A stretch of 64,000 nucleotides of DNA, from assembly GCA_938030705.1 (NCBI GenBank), contig CALHIR010000005.1, forward strand, positions 23,231-87,230, read 5' to 3'. Shown piece after piece: positions 45,078 to 54,653 of this stretch. Source of the DNA: Candidatus Poseidoniaceae archaeon. Its GTDB lineage: Archaea > Thermoplasmatota > Poseidoniia > Poseidoniales > Poseidoniaceae. Numbering within the stretch: the first letter of the stretch is position 1; each line of letters begins with the position of its first letter. Position numbers and translations under genes: made by a program. The notes below the pieces were generated by a model, which did not search any database, was not told the origin of the DNA, and saw only the letters and a list, made by a program, of their open reading frames with translations.

Positions 45078-47162
45078 ACTGAACTCATCAATGGGACGGC
45101 CCCATGCATCAGTTTCGACCTTTTCCCTCTTTGCGACGTCATCGGTTTGTGGGTCACTTTGTTTGGGTGCTTGTTGTGGTTTCGTGCCACGTGGGAAGGC
45201 AGATGTCAGGGCTGAAAGCCCCACGATTAACAGCATCAAACCAATAATTCGTCCGGGTTCTGTCCAAGGACTCCACCATTGGTCTTGTTCACTGGTCGCT
45301 TCAAGGACCACATCAACCGTCCAGACCATACCGTCTTCGGTCATCAAATTCAGTGAGCCATACACCAACATGTTTTCACTGAGCAGCCCGTTTGGTTGAA
45401 TGGTCAATTGATACGTTGTATCGTCACTCAAAATGACGTCACTCGGACCATTGGCGACTCGAGAAATGGGGCCATCAAAGGCAAGAGAAAGACGCTGTTC
45501 CCCACTTCCAAGGGAGGAAAGAGGAATGTTCAGAACAGTGGATTCGGTAGGATGAATGACGGCTTCAAAGGTAGATTCCAGTGGGATTCTGTTCATGATG
45601 TACGCAGGATAGATCAAATTCACCGTGTCAGTTGAACAGGTGATGGTGCCTTCGATTGAGACCATTGAATTTGGCGTTCCTTCTTGGGAGAACTTCAAAT
45701 TGGCTGTCCCTTCCTCTTGTACGATGGCAATGCCTCGCCCGTCAGAGGATGTTAGAGAACTCGAGCAATCCGTGATGTTGCCTGACAAGTTGAGCTCAAT
45801 GTGTTGGTCTAGCAACAGGGTCGCCCCGTGGTCGGGCAGGTCAAGTTCAAACGCAGGCGTGCAATCTTGAGCGGAAAAGGAAACACTCAAATTTTCTTCT
45901 CCAAGAACCGTTGCCGTCCATGGAACAAGCAGGCCATCATGTGAGCGAATTTCAACGCCCTGTCCGCCGAAGGTCGTGCCGTTGCGAAAGAGGTCGCTTT
46001 GCTCTCCTTGGTTTGATCCCCGCACCAAATCATCTCCAATATCGGCCTCAATCACTTTCAACCATGGTTGGTTGGGGTTGGTGTTTACTTCATTTCGGTC
46101 AAAATCTCCCACGCTCAAATCTTGGTAGGTCACAAGAATCCCATGTCCTGGTAACCGGCTGTCATAGCCTGAATCGCTACGGTGTTCTATGAAAACAGAC
46201 TCCTGCTCATTGATTGGGATTTTCAAGATTTGACCGCTTTCAGTAACACCTTTCAAGACAACACTGGGGCCAATACACGGACTGGTTGCGGTGCTTGGCC
46301 ACGACAAATCAAGCGTCTCAATTCGCTGGGGGCGAAGCAGTTCGATGTTGGCTCCAGTCGGCATTGCTGGCCATCTTCCGCCACCATTCCAATTCCCAGA
46401 GGCCATGATGTCCCAATCTCCGGGGCCTTTCCATGATTGGAAACCAACATCATCGTGGACAGGGTAGAGGTCGACGGCCCCCATTTGGTGGAGCATTTCG
46501 TGAATCATGGTTCCGACCCCGCTCGAACCGGTTTGCAAACTGGCCATCGTATAGTGCTCAATTGACATTTTCTCAGGCAACGATATGGTTGATTCAAACT
46601 GTGTGAAATGACTCCATATTCGATTTTGAATGGCCGGGTTTTCTTCTTGTCCCTTTGTTGTATGGAGAATAAGAAATCGGTCCACTTGTTGGTCGTCGTT
46701 TAAATCAAAGAGTGACCAATTCACGTCCTCACGCACAGCTGAGACCGCTTCTTCAGCAAGTTGAGCGGGGAGAAATGTTCCGTCAGAGTCTGTGTCTTTC
46801 CCGTTCCCATCTCTGCCGTAATCTTCCATGGCTTTAGAGGCACGAATGACTTCTGGATGCAGGGTTATGTCAAGGGTTGAAAGATTTCCTGACAACTGTT
46901 CGACATAGGGAATCACTGCTTGCTCCATCAGCGTCTCAGCCTCTGTTATTCCCCATCCATTGCTTGCCGGTGATGCATCAAAATCAACCACGACAACAAA
47001 CCAGTGTTCCTGATTTTGAAGTTGAACGAGTTCTATCGTATCTTCGCCCTCAACCGTCAACTGTCCTACCAGCCATTCCTCAACAACCGACTCATTGAGA
47101 AATGCCCAACCAGCGGACATCAAGAAGACAAAGGCGATGAGACCCGCCAATGTGCGCTTCAT
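45042..47162 (-). CDS. Secreted, C-terminally anchored zinc metalloprotease (M6/InhA-like)
   Basis: Signal peptide MKRTLAGLIAFVFLMSAGWA. HExxH site is TMIHEMLHQMGAVDLYP. C-terminal TM is IIGLMLLIVGLSAL. Start at the ATG at 47162; the upstream part of the track ORF overlaps tatC. Confidence 0.65.
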   Translation of the reverse strand: MKRTLAGLIAFVFLMSAGWAFLNESVVEEWLVGQLTVEGEDTIELVQLQNQEHWFVVVVDFDASPASNGWGITEAETLMEQAVIPYVEQLSGNLSTLDITLHPEVIRASKAMEDYGRDGNGKDTDSDGTFLPAQLAEEAVSAVREDVNWSLFDLNDDQQVDRFLILHTTKGQEENPAIQNRIWSHFTQFESTISLPEKMSIEHYTMASLQTGSSGVGTMIHEMLHQMGAVDLYPVHDDVGFQSWKGPGDWDIMASGNWNGGGRWPAMPTGANIELLRPQRIETLDLSWPSTATSPCIGPSVVLKGVTESGQILKIPINEQESVFIEHRSDSGYDSRLPGHGILVTYQDLSVGDFDRNEVNTNPNQPWLKVIEADIGDDLVRGSNQGEQSDLFRNGTTFGGQGVEIRSHDGLLVPWTATVLGEENLSVSFSAQDCTPAFELDLPDHGATLLLDQHIELNLSGNITDCSSSLTSSDGRGIAIVQEEGTANLKFSQEGTPNSMVSIEGTITCSTDTVNLIYPAYIMNRIPLESTFEAVIHPTESTVLNIPLSSLGSGEQRLSLAFDGPISRVANGPSDVILSDDTTYQLTIQPNGLLSENMLVYGSLNLMTEDGMVWTVDVVLEATSEQDQWWSPWTEPGRIIGLMLLIVGLSALTSAFPRGTKPQQAPKQSDPQTDDVAKREKVETDAWGRPIDEFSSTEPLDVEKRV

Positions 47163-47226
47163 GGCGTTGTCTCCCCGCATCTCCGTTTGAACCTTGGCCG
47201 TCCTTGTTAGTGTTTCAAGGCATTGT

Positions 47227-48501
47227 TCAATTCTTTGTGGTTCGACAACGAGGAACGACGAGTTGGTCTGGAGAATGGTATGTACCCCAAGTTCGCGATT
47301 CTTCCTCAGAGAGAATGTGAATTCTATTTCGCAACCAGTTCTTCTGTTCAACCAGCTTCAACAGCATCTGCTCACTCACTGCGGGGGTGAACAACGAGGG
47401 TATGGTGAAGAAAGCAGATTGGACATCGAGCTCTGGTGAGTGTAAGTGTACGCGTTTATTTTGAAGACTCATTAAATCCAAACCATGGACAGCAACCTCC
47501 AGTTCGGACATATTTGTATGGAACGTCGATGGGCACGCCCCACCATCGCATCCTGTGATCACCACATCGGTGATGCCTGATTGAAGGACGTGTTCGAGAA
47601 GAACGGTCCGATTGTCTGCATTTGTACAAAGACTTTCCACGTCAACAGTTGAACATCCCGGTAAGCTTGCATGGCCGTAATGTGGGTTCGCGCCCTCGCA
47701 GGAGCAGTCCACCATGGCGACCCTTCGCCTTCGACCCTCTGCATCCAATCTGACGGCGGCTACACCGTGAACGGCGAGGGTTTTCGAGAACCACTTCTGT
47801 CCAATGAGTTCGCTGGTTGTCCAATAGGTGGCCAATAAGGGCAACAGCATGGATGTTGCATGCTCTGGAATGCTTAACATCAAGAGAAGACTCCCCACGC
47901 CATAAAGTCGTATTCGCCAGAAATCCGCGGTTTGTACATTCAACACACCGAAGATCCCCATCATGGCGATCGCATTCCATGTCGCCACGACGACCAAAAA
48001 TGCCCAAATGCAGTAGCCCGCCACAAGCAGCATGTCAACAGCGCTGTATTGTGCTGCCAACCCTGCTCTTCGGTGTTGTTCAAAACCCATCTCGTAAAGA
48101 TGTGGTAAACCCTCCTGAATCAACAAAAATGTGCCCCCAAGCAACAGGAGGTTGGTCACCGTGAGCCAGCGGCGAAACGCTCGGTATTCGGACGGCAACA
48201 AGCCTGGTTTGGAAAACTGAAGAAGGTGGAAAAAGATGAGGGGTATGGTGGAAAAAATGCCCAGAATCAAACATGTGAGCCAGCGCACAGCACTCCATTG
48301 AGCTGGGTCGTAAACGTTCAAGCAATCTCCTGAACAGGGTTGGAGCGTAGCAAGGAGGCCTCCGAGGAGGGAGTCGACGTAAAAGGACCACGCGACCGTG
48401 AAGAAGGCGACGGCTGCGAAAATGAGCGTTGTACGCCACGTCAGTTCATCCAGATGAGATTGGACGGGACGTAGGTTGTCATGTTCAAGCAGAACGGACA
48501 T
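47227..48501 (-). CDS. tatC: TatC translocase subunit fused to a C-terminal Cys-rich MvhD/FlpD-like domain
   Basis: TatC features: HLDELTWR, six hydrophobic spans, and FSKPGLLPSEYRAF. The ~180-aa soluble extension has the Cys pattern DCSC...PGC...SLC...ITGCDGGAC. Confidence 0.75.
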   Translation of the reverse strand: MSVLLEHDNLRPVQSHLDELTWRTTLIFAAVAFFTVAWSFYVDSLLGGLLATLQPCSGDCLNVYDPAQWSAVRWLTCLILGIFSTIPLIFFHLLQFSKPGLLPSEYRAFRRWLTVTNLLLLGGTFLLIQEGLPHLYEMGFEQHRRAGLAAQYSAVDMLLVAGYCIWAFLVVVATWNAIAMMGIFGVLNVQTADFWRIRLYGVGSLLLMLSIPEHATSMLLPLLATYWTTSELIGQKWFSKTLAVHGVAAVRLDAEGRRRRVAMVDCSCEGANPHYGHASLPGCSTVDVESLCTNADNRTVLLEHVLQSGITDVVITGCDGGACPSTFHTNMSELEVAVHGLDLMSLQNKRVHLHSPELDVQSAFFTIPSLFTPAVSEQMLLKLVEQKNWLRNRIHILSEEESRTWGTYHSPDQLVVPRCRTTKN

Positions 48502-48511
48502 GCGTTTTCAC

Positions 48512-49468
48512 TCATACAAGGTCGGTGTACTGCTTTGGAGCGCGGGCTTGAACAATGGTTCGGTACACGCCATAAATGGCCCAAAGCGTGAGCATACCGG
48601 CGACAAGACCGTAGCCCCACGGTTGCCCACTGTCCACAAGGTAGGCGAACAAAATCGCAAGTCCAGCAGCGAGGACGCCACGTCGCAAACCTTGGGGGAC
48701 GGCGAGACTTTTGTCAAGGTGCGTTGGGCCGCCTCCAAAGCGGCGTTCGTAAAATTCCCCTTGAATGACGGCTGCCACGATGATGAGGGAAAGTGTTGAC
48801 CAATAGTAGAGGTTTCCGTTGGTGAAGAAATCATGAGCGATTCCCTCTTGGCGCTCGGCCTCGATGGCTTCTGGATCTTCTTCTGCAACGAACAAGGCAT
48901 CGTAGTCGCCTACGCTGATGGTTCGCAGCGAGACGTCTTCGTTGGTGGCGATTTCGGTTGCGCCTGGTGCGCTGACGGTGAAGGTCAGAATGTTCCACTT
49001 ATCGCCCTCGTCAAAATTACCGTTGCCATTCACGGCGTTGCCCACGAGTTGAAAGTTCGCAGGTCCGGCGTCTTCAGCAGGGGCCGTCCATTGAACCACC
49101 CAATCATTGCCTGGCTCGGATTGAGATAATGCCCCTGGCTTGTCGGCAACGGTTTGACTGCCATCGCCGGCGATCAATGTTCCAATGTCGCCATCCCAAA
49201 ACAGGAAGCCACCGCCTTCGTTTGAGGCGTGCTGAAGGCTGATGACGAATTCATAGGTCTCACTCACGTTGTACGCTCGGGGGACGCCCGATACGGAGAC
49301 CACCACTTCGGTAGAAGGCGCACCGCCGCCGTGGCAGGTACAACCCGTTTCAATGACCAAGTTTCCGCCGTTATCCCACGGCGGTCCGTTGGGGTTTCCG
49401 AGGACGGGAGCAACGAGCATGAGCGCAAGGATGCTCATGAGGGTGATGTTTCTGAAGTTGCGTCGCAT
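48512..49468 (-). CDS. Twin-arginine-signal protein with a beta-rich extracellular domain and C-terminal TM helices
   Basis: MRRNFRNITLMSILALMLVAPVLG has an RR-x-F Tat motif followed by a hydrophobic region. The extracellular domain begins GCTCHGG. There are three C-terminal hydrophobic spans. The ATG at 49468 leaves a 71-nt spacer to pntB. Confidence 0.55.
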   Translation of the reverse strand: MRRNFRNITLMSILALMLVAPVLGNPNGPPWDNGGNLVIETGCTCHGGGAPSTEVVVSVSGVPRAYNVSETYEFVISLQHASNEGGGFLFWDGDIGTLIAGDGSQTVADKPGALSQSEPGNDWVVQWTAPAEDAGPANFQLVGNAVNGNGNFDEGDKWNILTFTVSAPGATEIATNEDVSLRTISVGDYDALFVAEEDPEAIEAERQEGIAHDFFTNGNLYYWSTLSLIIVAAVIQGEFYERRFGGGPTHLDKSLAVPQGLRRGVLAAGLAILFAYLVDSGQPWGYGLVAGMLTLWAIYGVYRTIVQARAPKQYTDLV

Positions 49469-49539
49469 GAACTCACCTGTTTTTTCCACTTGGCCCCGCT
49501 CTTTGAATGTTGCTTCACAAGCAGAGGGCTTTAGCCCCT

Positions 49540-50961
49540 TCAAATCTCCTTCATGGCGTTGTTCAATCCGGTCATCATGGCCTTTCCGTCTCCGAAGAGC
49601 ATCATGGTCTTGTCCATGTAGAACAGATCGTTGTCAACACCTGCATACCCCACCGAAAGGGAACGCTTGATGATCACAACCGTGCGTGCCTGGTCCGCAT
49701 CGATGATAGGCATGCCTGCCAGCGGGCCTTCTCCAGTGCGTGCTGCTGGATTGCATGTGTCGTTTGCCCCGATGATAACGGCGACATCACACTCTGGGAA
49801 TTCAGGGTTGATTTCATCCATCTCAATGAGTTGCTCGTACGGTACATTGGCTTCAGCAAGCAGGACATTCATGTGGCCCGGCATTCTTCCTGCGACCGGG
49901 TGAATGGCGTATTTGACTTCAGTGTCGAACTTTTCTTCGAGCAAATCGCCGAATTCCTTGACTTGGTGCTGACACTGCGAAACGGCCATGCCGTAGCCGG
50001 GGACGATGATGACTTTTTGTGCGCCATCAATCATCATGGCGACCTCGTCAGGGTCAGAACCGACCTTTGTTCTGGTGACTGTTTCTTTGGTGCTGCCACC
50101 AAAGGACTTGAACAACACATCGGGTAATGTTCGATTCATGGCCTTGCACATGATGAAGGTCAAGATCAAACCAGAGGCCCCAACGAGGGAACCTGCGACG
50201 ATCAAGACAGGGTTGCTGATGATGAAGCCCGTAAAGGCTGCAGCAATTCCAGAGAGGGAGTTGAGCAAAGAGACAACAACCGGCATGTCAGCACCTCCAA
50301 TAGGAAGAACGAGAACAATGCCAAGCAGGCAGGATATGCCAATGATGGCCCAAAGGTAATCCGTGTTCGTGGGGTCATTAATCGAGAGGACAATCAGGAC
50401 CAGGACGCTGATGGTTAGGAGTATTTTCACTGGGTTGAGCCAAGCCGGTCCCCAGGTGGGGGTGCTGAACCACTTCCCAAAGATTTCAATGCCGCCCTTC
50501 AACTTGAACATGGCAAGGAGCGAACCGGTCAGGGTCATCCATCCGACAAGGGCGGACAAACCTGCGGCGACCACGACGACCTGGAGGGTCAAACCGGTTG
50601 GGAGTGTCAGCGTTGGGTCTTCGATATACTTCCATGTTTCAGAAAGCGCGACCAAGGCGGAGGCTGCGCCGCCAAAGCCGTTGAAGAGAGCAACGAGTTC
50701 AGGCATACCGGTCATTTCAACCTTCACGGCCATGATGATCCCGATGATGGAACCGACGACCAAGCCGGCCACAATAAGTTCCCAGTTCATGCCGTCTGAG
50801 GACAACTGCATGTCAATGACCGTGGTGATCACGGCGACCAACATTCCCATGGCACCGTATTGGTTGCCGAGAGGGGCTGTTCTGGGATGGCCGAGTTTCT
50901 TCAAACCGAAAATAAACAGGCCTGCCGAGATCAAGTAGCCAAGGGGAATCCATGCCTCCAT
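49540..50961 (-). CDS. pntB: NAD(P) transhydrogenase subunit beta
   Basis: Polytopic N-terminal half plus the dIII domain (VIIVPGYGMAV...HPVAGRMPGHMNVLLAEA...VIGANDTCNP). Confidence 0.9.
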   Translation of the reverse strand: MEAWIPLGYLISAGLFIFGLKKLGHPRTAPLGNQYGAMGMLVAVITTVIDMQLSSDGMNWELIVAGLVVGSIIGIIMAVKVEMTGMPELVALFNGFGGAASALVALSETWKYIEDPTLTLPTGLTLQVVVVAAGLSALVGWMTLTGSLLAMFKLKGGIEIFGKWFSTPTWGPAWLNPVKILLTISVLVLIVLSINDPTNTDYLWAIIGISCLLGIVLVLPIGGADMPVVVSLLNSLSGIAAAFTGFIISNPVLIVAGSLVGASGLILTFIMCKAMNRTLPDVLFKSFGGSTKETVTRTKVGSDPDEVAMMIDGAQKVIIVPGYGMAVSQCQHQVKEFGDLLEEKFDTEVKYAIHPVAGRMPGHMNVLLAEANVPYEQLIEMDEINPEFPECDVAVIIGANDTCNPAARTGEGPLAGMPIIDADQARTVVIIKRSLSVGYAGVDNDLFYMDKTMMLFGDGKAMMTGLNNAMKEI

Positions 50962-50962
50962 C

Positions 50963-51274
50963 TCAAGCCCTCCTCTTCTTGCCGGCAATCATGTTCAACA
51001 TCCGGTTGGTAACGGCAAAACCGCCAACGACGTTGATCATGGCGAGCACAAGCGCAACGAACGCCAACAATCCCGATACAGCGGTGTCGCCGGCTTCGTA
51101 AGCAACATTCGCACCGAGCAGAGCACCAACGACGCTGATGCCAGAAATCGCGTTAGCGCCGCTCATAAGCGGGGTGTGAAGGGTCGCAGGGACCTTGGTG
51201 ATGAGCTCAAATCCTAGGAAAATAGCGAGCATAAACAATGTAAGATTGGCAATCAGTGAAGTTTCTGTAATCAT
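50963..51274 (-). CDS. pntA: NAD(P) transhydrogenase subunit alpha part 2 (membrane part)
   Basis: ~100-aa three-TM protein (TPLMSGANAISGISVVGAL). Its ATG overlaps the pntAA stop (ATGA at 51271-51274). Confidence 0.85.
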   Translation of the reverse strand: MITETSLIANLTLFMLAIFLGFELITKVPATLHTPLMSGANAISGISVVGALLGANVAYEAGDTAVSGLLAFVALVLAMINVVGGFAVTNRMLNMIAGKKRRA

Positions 51275-52440
51275 TCGACCACCCCTGCGAGGCGAGTTTG
51301 CTTTGGATGGATAACACCGTCTTTGCAAATGAGCACACCGCCCATTCCGTTCACGTAAAAGTCAGAACCTTCTGGTGCCCCAACCAAAATGTCATCTTCA
51401 TCGGAAATAACAACGGCTCCGGATTCTTTGTCAACGAGCGATATGAAGAAGGTGGTCAAGTTGTTCGAGTACAACATCGAGGCCGTGTTGGCAAGGGTCC
51501 CGGGCAAGTTGGAGGTTCCGACAATAATCACGCCGTTCTCGGTAGTGATGATCTCTCCTTGAACAGTGTCTTCGCAATTTCCACCAACATCAGCGTTCAT
51601 GTCAACCACAACGGCACCGGATTTGAAATTCGCAACAGCGCTTGAGGGAACGGTGATGGGTGCAGGTCGCCCAAAGATTCGAGCGGTGGTGACGATAATG
51701 TCGGCATCGGCTGCTACGCCGCATACGGTGTCGTTGACCTTTTGGATGAACTCGGGCGTGAGTGGTTTGGCATAACCTGACTCGTCCTCAAAGTCGTCCA
51801 TTCCATCGACCTCGATGAAACGACCGCCAACGGATTCTATTTGTTCAGCCGCTGACTTTCTCACGTCCGATGCAAACACGATGGCTCCAAGGCGCTTGGC
51901 CGTGGCAATGGCTTGCAATCCGGCTACGCCGCTCCCCATGATGACAACCTTGGCTGGACGAATGGTTCCAGCGGACGTGGTCATCATTGGAATGCCCTTT
52001 GGCACTTGGGCGGCTCCCAACAGTACGGCTTTGTATCCTGCGAGGTTGTCTTGGCTTGAATTTACGTCCATTGACTGAGCTCGAGAAAGTCGGCGTGGAA
52101 TCATGTCCATGGAGAGCAAGGTAATGTTCGCATCCATGCAGGCTTTCACGTCTTCAGGATGCCGGAACGGGTCGGACACACATGCGAGGTTCGTACCTGC
52201 TGCAATGCCTTCCACTCCGGGGAACCGAATGCAGACGATGTTTTCACAGGCCAAGGCTTCGTCTCTCGAGACAATGGTGGCGCCTGCGGCCTCATAATCA
52301 GCGTCATGATAATTCGCAGCACGGCCTGCTCCTGCTTCAATGAGCACTTCAAAACCTGCTTTGGCAAGTTTCTTCATGCTCGAGGGAACAATGCCAACTC
52401 GAGTTTCGCCTTCGGGCTCTTTTGGGACACCAAGTTTCAT
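51271..52440 (-). CDS. pntA: NAD(P) transhydrogenase subunit alpha part 1 (alanine dehydrogenase-like dI)
   Basis: LGVPKE..GETRV, NAD fingerprint VVIMGSGVAGLQA and SMDMIPR. Start taken at MKLGVPKE (52440). Confidence 0.9.
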   Translation of the reverse strand: MKLGVPKEPEGETRVGIVPSSMKKLAKAGFEVLIEAGAGRAANYHDADYEAAGATIVSRDEALACENIVCIRFPGVEGIAAGTNLACVSDPFRHPEDVKACMDANITLLSMDMIPRRLSRAQSMDVNSSQDNLAGYKAVLLGAAQVPKGIPMMTTSAGTIRPAKVVIMGSGVAGLQAIATAKRLGAIVFASDVRKSAAEQIESVGGRFIEVDGMDDFEDESGYAKPLTPEFIQKVNDTVCGVAADADIIVTTARIFGRPAPITVPSSAVANFKSGAVVVDMNADVGGNCEDTVQGEIITTENGVIIVGTSNLPGTLANTASMLYSNNLTTFFISLVDKESGAVVISDEDDILVGAPEGSDFYVNGMGGVLICKDGVIHPKQTRLAGVVE

Positions 52441-52626
52441 CCATTCACCTGCCGATGGCACCACCGAAAGGGTAGGTGCAATTCGTCCACATGAAGGAGG
52501 TTTTTAGATGCCACGCTTTGATTCACTGTCGTGCTTTGTGCCGTTGCTGCGGTGATGTTGCTGAAAATACCTCACCATCGGACTTATGGACTGACCGGAG
52601 CAGGTTGACCTTGTAAGGTGAAACCC

Positions 52627-53565
52627 ATGGCAAGCGGTCGACGGAAAATAGCGGTAATTGGAGCAGGAAACGTAGGTGCAACATGTGCATTCGTACTCGC
52701 CCAAATGAAAATTGCGGACATTGTTTTGCTCGATATCTACGAAGGGTTTGCCAAGGGAAAAGCCCTCGACATGTCCCAAAATGCCAACGTACTCAACTAC
52801 AACGGCACCATTACCGGGACCTCAACTTATGAAGACATTGCAGGTGCCGAGGTGGTCGTGGTCACATCGGGTTTCCCACGTCAGCCCGGCATGACGAGGG
52901 AGGACCTCATCGGAAAGAACGCAGACATCGTCTCCCAAGTAGGAGCGGGGATCAAAGTTCACGCACCTGACGCCGTTGTCATTGTCGTCACCAATCCTCT
53001 CGATTTAATGACCTACCACATGCAACAAGTCACGGGCTTCCCTCCGGAACGGGTCATCGGTCAGGCTGGTGTCCTCGACAGTGCACGAATGGCCCACTTC
53101 ATTGCGCTTGAACTCAATTGTGCTGAAGAAGACGTTTCGCCAATGGTCCTTGGAGGACACGGCGACACGATGGTGCCGCTCCCCCGATACACCACGGTTG
53201 GTGGCATACCGATTACACAGTTGATGAGTCAAGAGCGCATTGATGCCATCAGCGCACGAACCGCCAGCGGTGGGGGAGAAATCGTGAAGCTCCTTGAACG
53301 CGGTTCTGCCTTTTACGCCCCAGGTTCTGCGGCTGCCGTGATGGCGGAATCGGTGTTGAACGACCGTCGACGTCTGCTTCCCGCCTCCTGCCTCCTGACC
53401 GGCCAGTACGGATTGGACGCAGTTTACATCGGCGTCCCTTGTATTCTTGGAGCAAACGGCGTTGAGCAAATATTTGAATTGGACTTGACCGATGAGGAAC
53501 TTCAATCGCTTCAGGGGTCTGGCGAGTTTTACAAAGGTCAACTCAAGGATGTTCTTGGCTACTGA
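52627..53565 (+). CDS. mdh: Malate dehydrogenase (LDH-like family)
   Basis: KIAVIGAGNVGATCAF, TSGFPRQPGMTREDL, and LGGHGDTMVP (catalytic His). Confidence 0.9.
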   Translation: MASGRRKIAVIGAGNVGATCAFVLAQMKIADIVLLDIYEGFAKGKALDMSQNANVLNYNGTITGTSTYEDIAGAEVVVVTSGFPRQPGMTREDLIGKNADIVSQVGAGIKVHAPDAVVIVVTNPLDLMTYHMQQVTGFPPERVIGQAGVLDSARMAHFIALELNCAEEDVSPMVLGGHGDTMVPLPRYTTVGGIPITQLMSQERIDAISARTASGGGEIVKLLERGSAFYAPGSAAAVMAESVLNDRRRLLPASCLLTGQYGLDAVYIGVPCILGANGVEQIFELDLTDEELQSLQGSGEFYKGQLKDVLGY

Positions 53566-54212
53566 ACTCGAACGATTGAGAGGCTGTGTTCCTTTCCGGG
53601 AGTGGTTGGCTTCTCCACCGGATTGGGGCCGACCACAAGTCGGTGACCTTGTTTTCCTCGGCTTCGCATGCGTGCAAGCACTTCTTGGCCGATGTAACAT
53701 CCCTTCTGTGGGTGGACCAGTTCACCAAGCCCGCATGCAAGCGGGTGGTGAACGCCAGTGATTTCGTACCCATGGTACGGTATCAGTTTCGCAATCCGAT
53801 GTTCATTCCATTGGTCAATGGTCCACGTGGGTTGCCAATTATGTTTGACGGGGACAACGAACACCCTCCCAAAGAATGAAACATGAACCGTAGCGTCAGG
53901 AGGGATTTGTGAATCTCCAGTGTCAATGAACACATCATTGAGGTCGCTGATGTCCGTGATGGTGATTGGTTGGCCAAGAATGCGTTGGGAAAGGTGGGCT
54001 TTGAGTGCTTCTTTGTTGGCCTCATGGCCGACAACAGCGACATGTTCTCCCACAGGGATGACCTCGCAAACGTCAATGATTTTAGCCGCACGGTTCGTGA
54101 AGACCGTCGTGCATGGCCCGGCGACATGGTTGGTGGAAAGACCGTCCAAAAAAGGAAGCAGGCCTTGGCCTTGGAGAAGGAGAATCGATGCCGCGTGGCG
54201 CACAAGTCCCAT
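53559..54212 (-). CDS. YgfZ/Iba57-like folate-binding protein (GcvT fold)
   Basis: LLLQGQGLLPFLDGLSTNHV and the family signature KGCYIGQEVLARMRSRGK. Confidence 0.7.
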   Translation of the reverse strand: MGLVRHAASILLLQGQGLLPFLDGLSTNHVAGPCTTVFTNRAAKIIDVCEVIPVGEHVAVVGHEANKEALKAHLSQRILGQPITITDISDLNDVFIDTGDSQIPPDATVHVSFFGRVFVVPVKHNWQPTWTIDQWNEHRIAKLIPYHGYEITGVHHPLACGLGELVHPQKGCYIGQEVLARMRSRGKQGHRLVVGPNPVEKPTTPGKEHSLSIVRVQ

Positions 54213-54221
54213 GGGTGTCCC

Positions 54222-54608
54222 TCAAGAGAAGGACTCGCCACAGCCACAAGCTGTGCTCGCATTGGGGTTGTTGATCTTGAATCCACCACCCATCAACCGG
54301 TCGACGTAATCAATTTCAATGCCATTCAGAAGATGACTTGATGCAGAAGGGACCAAGACACGAAAACCATTGATGTTCAGTTCTTGGCAGGGCGTTTCGG
54401 TTGATTCAACGATTTGGAGATCGTACATGTAGCCAGAACATCCACCGCTGAGCACGCCGACCAGCAGCGCATGACTGCGGTCGTCTCCAAAGGCATCTTC
54501 AAGCATCGTGGTCGCTTTTTCCGTCAAGGTAAGTTCCACGTTAACCTCGTCAGGTCGGTGCACTTCAAGGGGTGTTGCTGAATCGCAGGTGCCACAGTCC
54601 ATGACCAA
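54222..54608 (-). CDS. A-type iron-sulfur cluster carrier (IscA/ErpA/HesB family)
   Basis: GGCSGYMYDL and the C-terminal CGCGESF. Confidence 0.85.
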   Translation of the reverse strand: MVMDCGTCDSATPLEVHRPDEVNVELTLTEKATTMLEDAFGDDRSHALLVGVLSGGCSGYMYDLQIVESTETPCQELNINGFRVLVPSASSHLLNGIEIDYVDRLMGGGFKINNPNASTACGCGESFS

Positions 54609-54653
54609 CCCAAGGCTCCACCGTTTTTGAAGGTGACCACTATGGGTCGGCGT

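Noticed and set aside
49330-49350. CTCH in the Tat-signal protein as a c-type heme attachment site served by the nearby CcmE
   Set aside because: The motif is CxCH, not the canonical CxxCH. A Tat-exported protein would also not use periplasmic System I maturation in the usual way. It is kept only as a note inside the finding.
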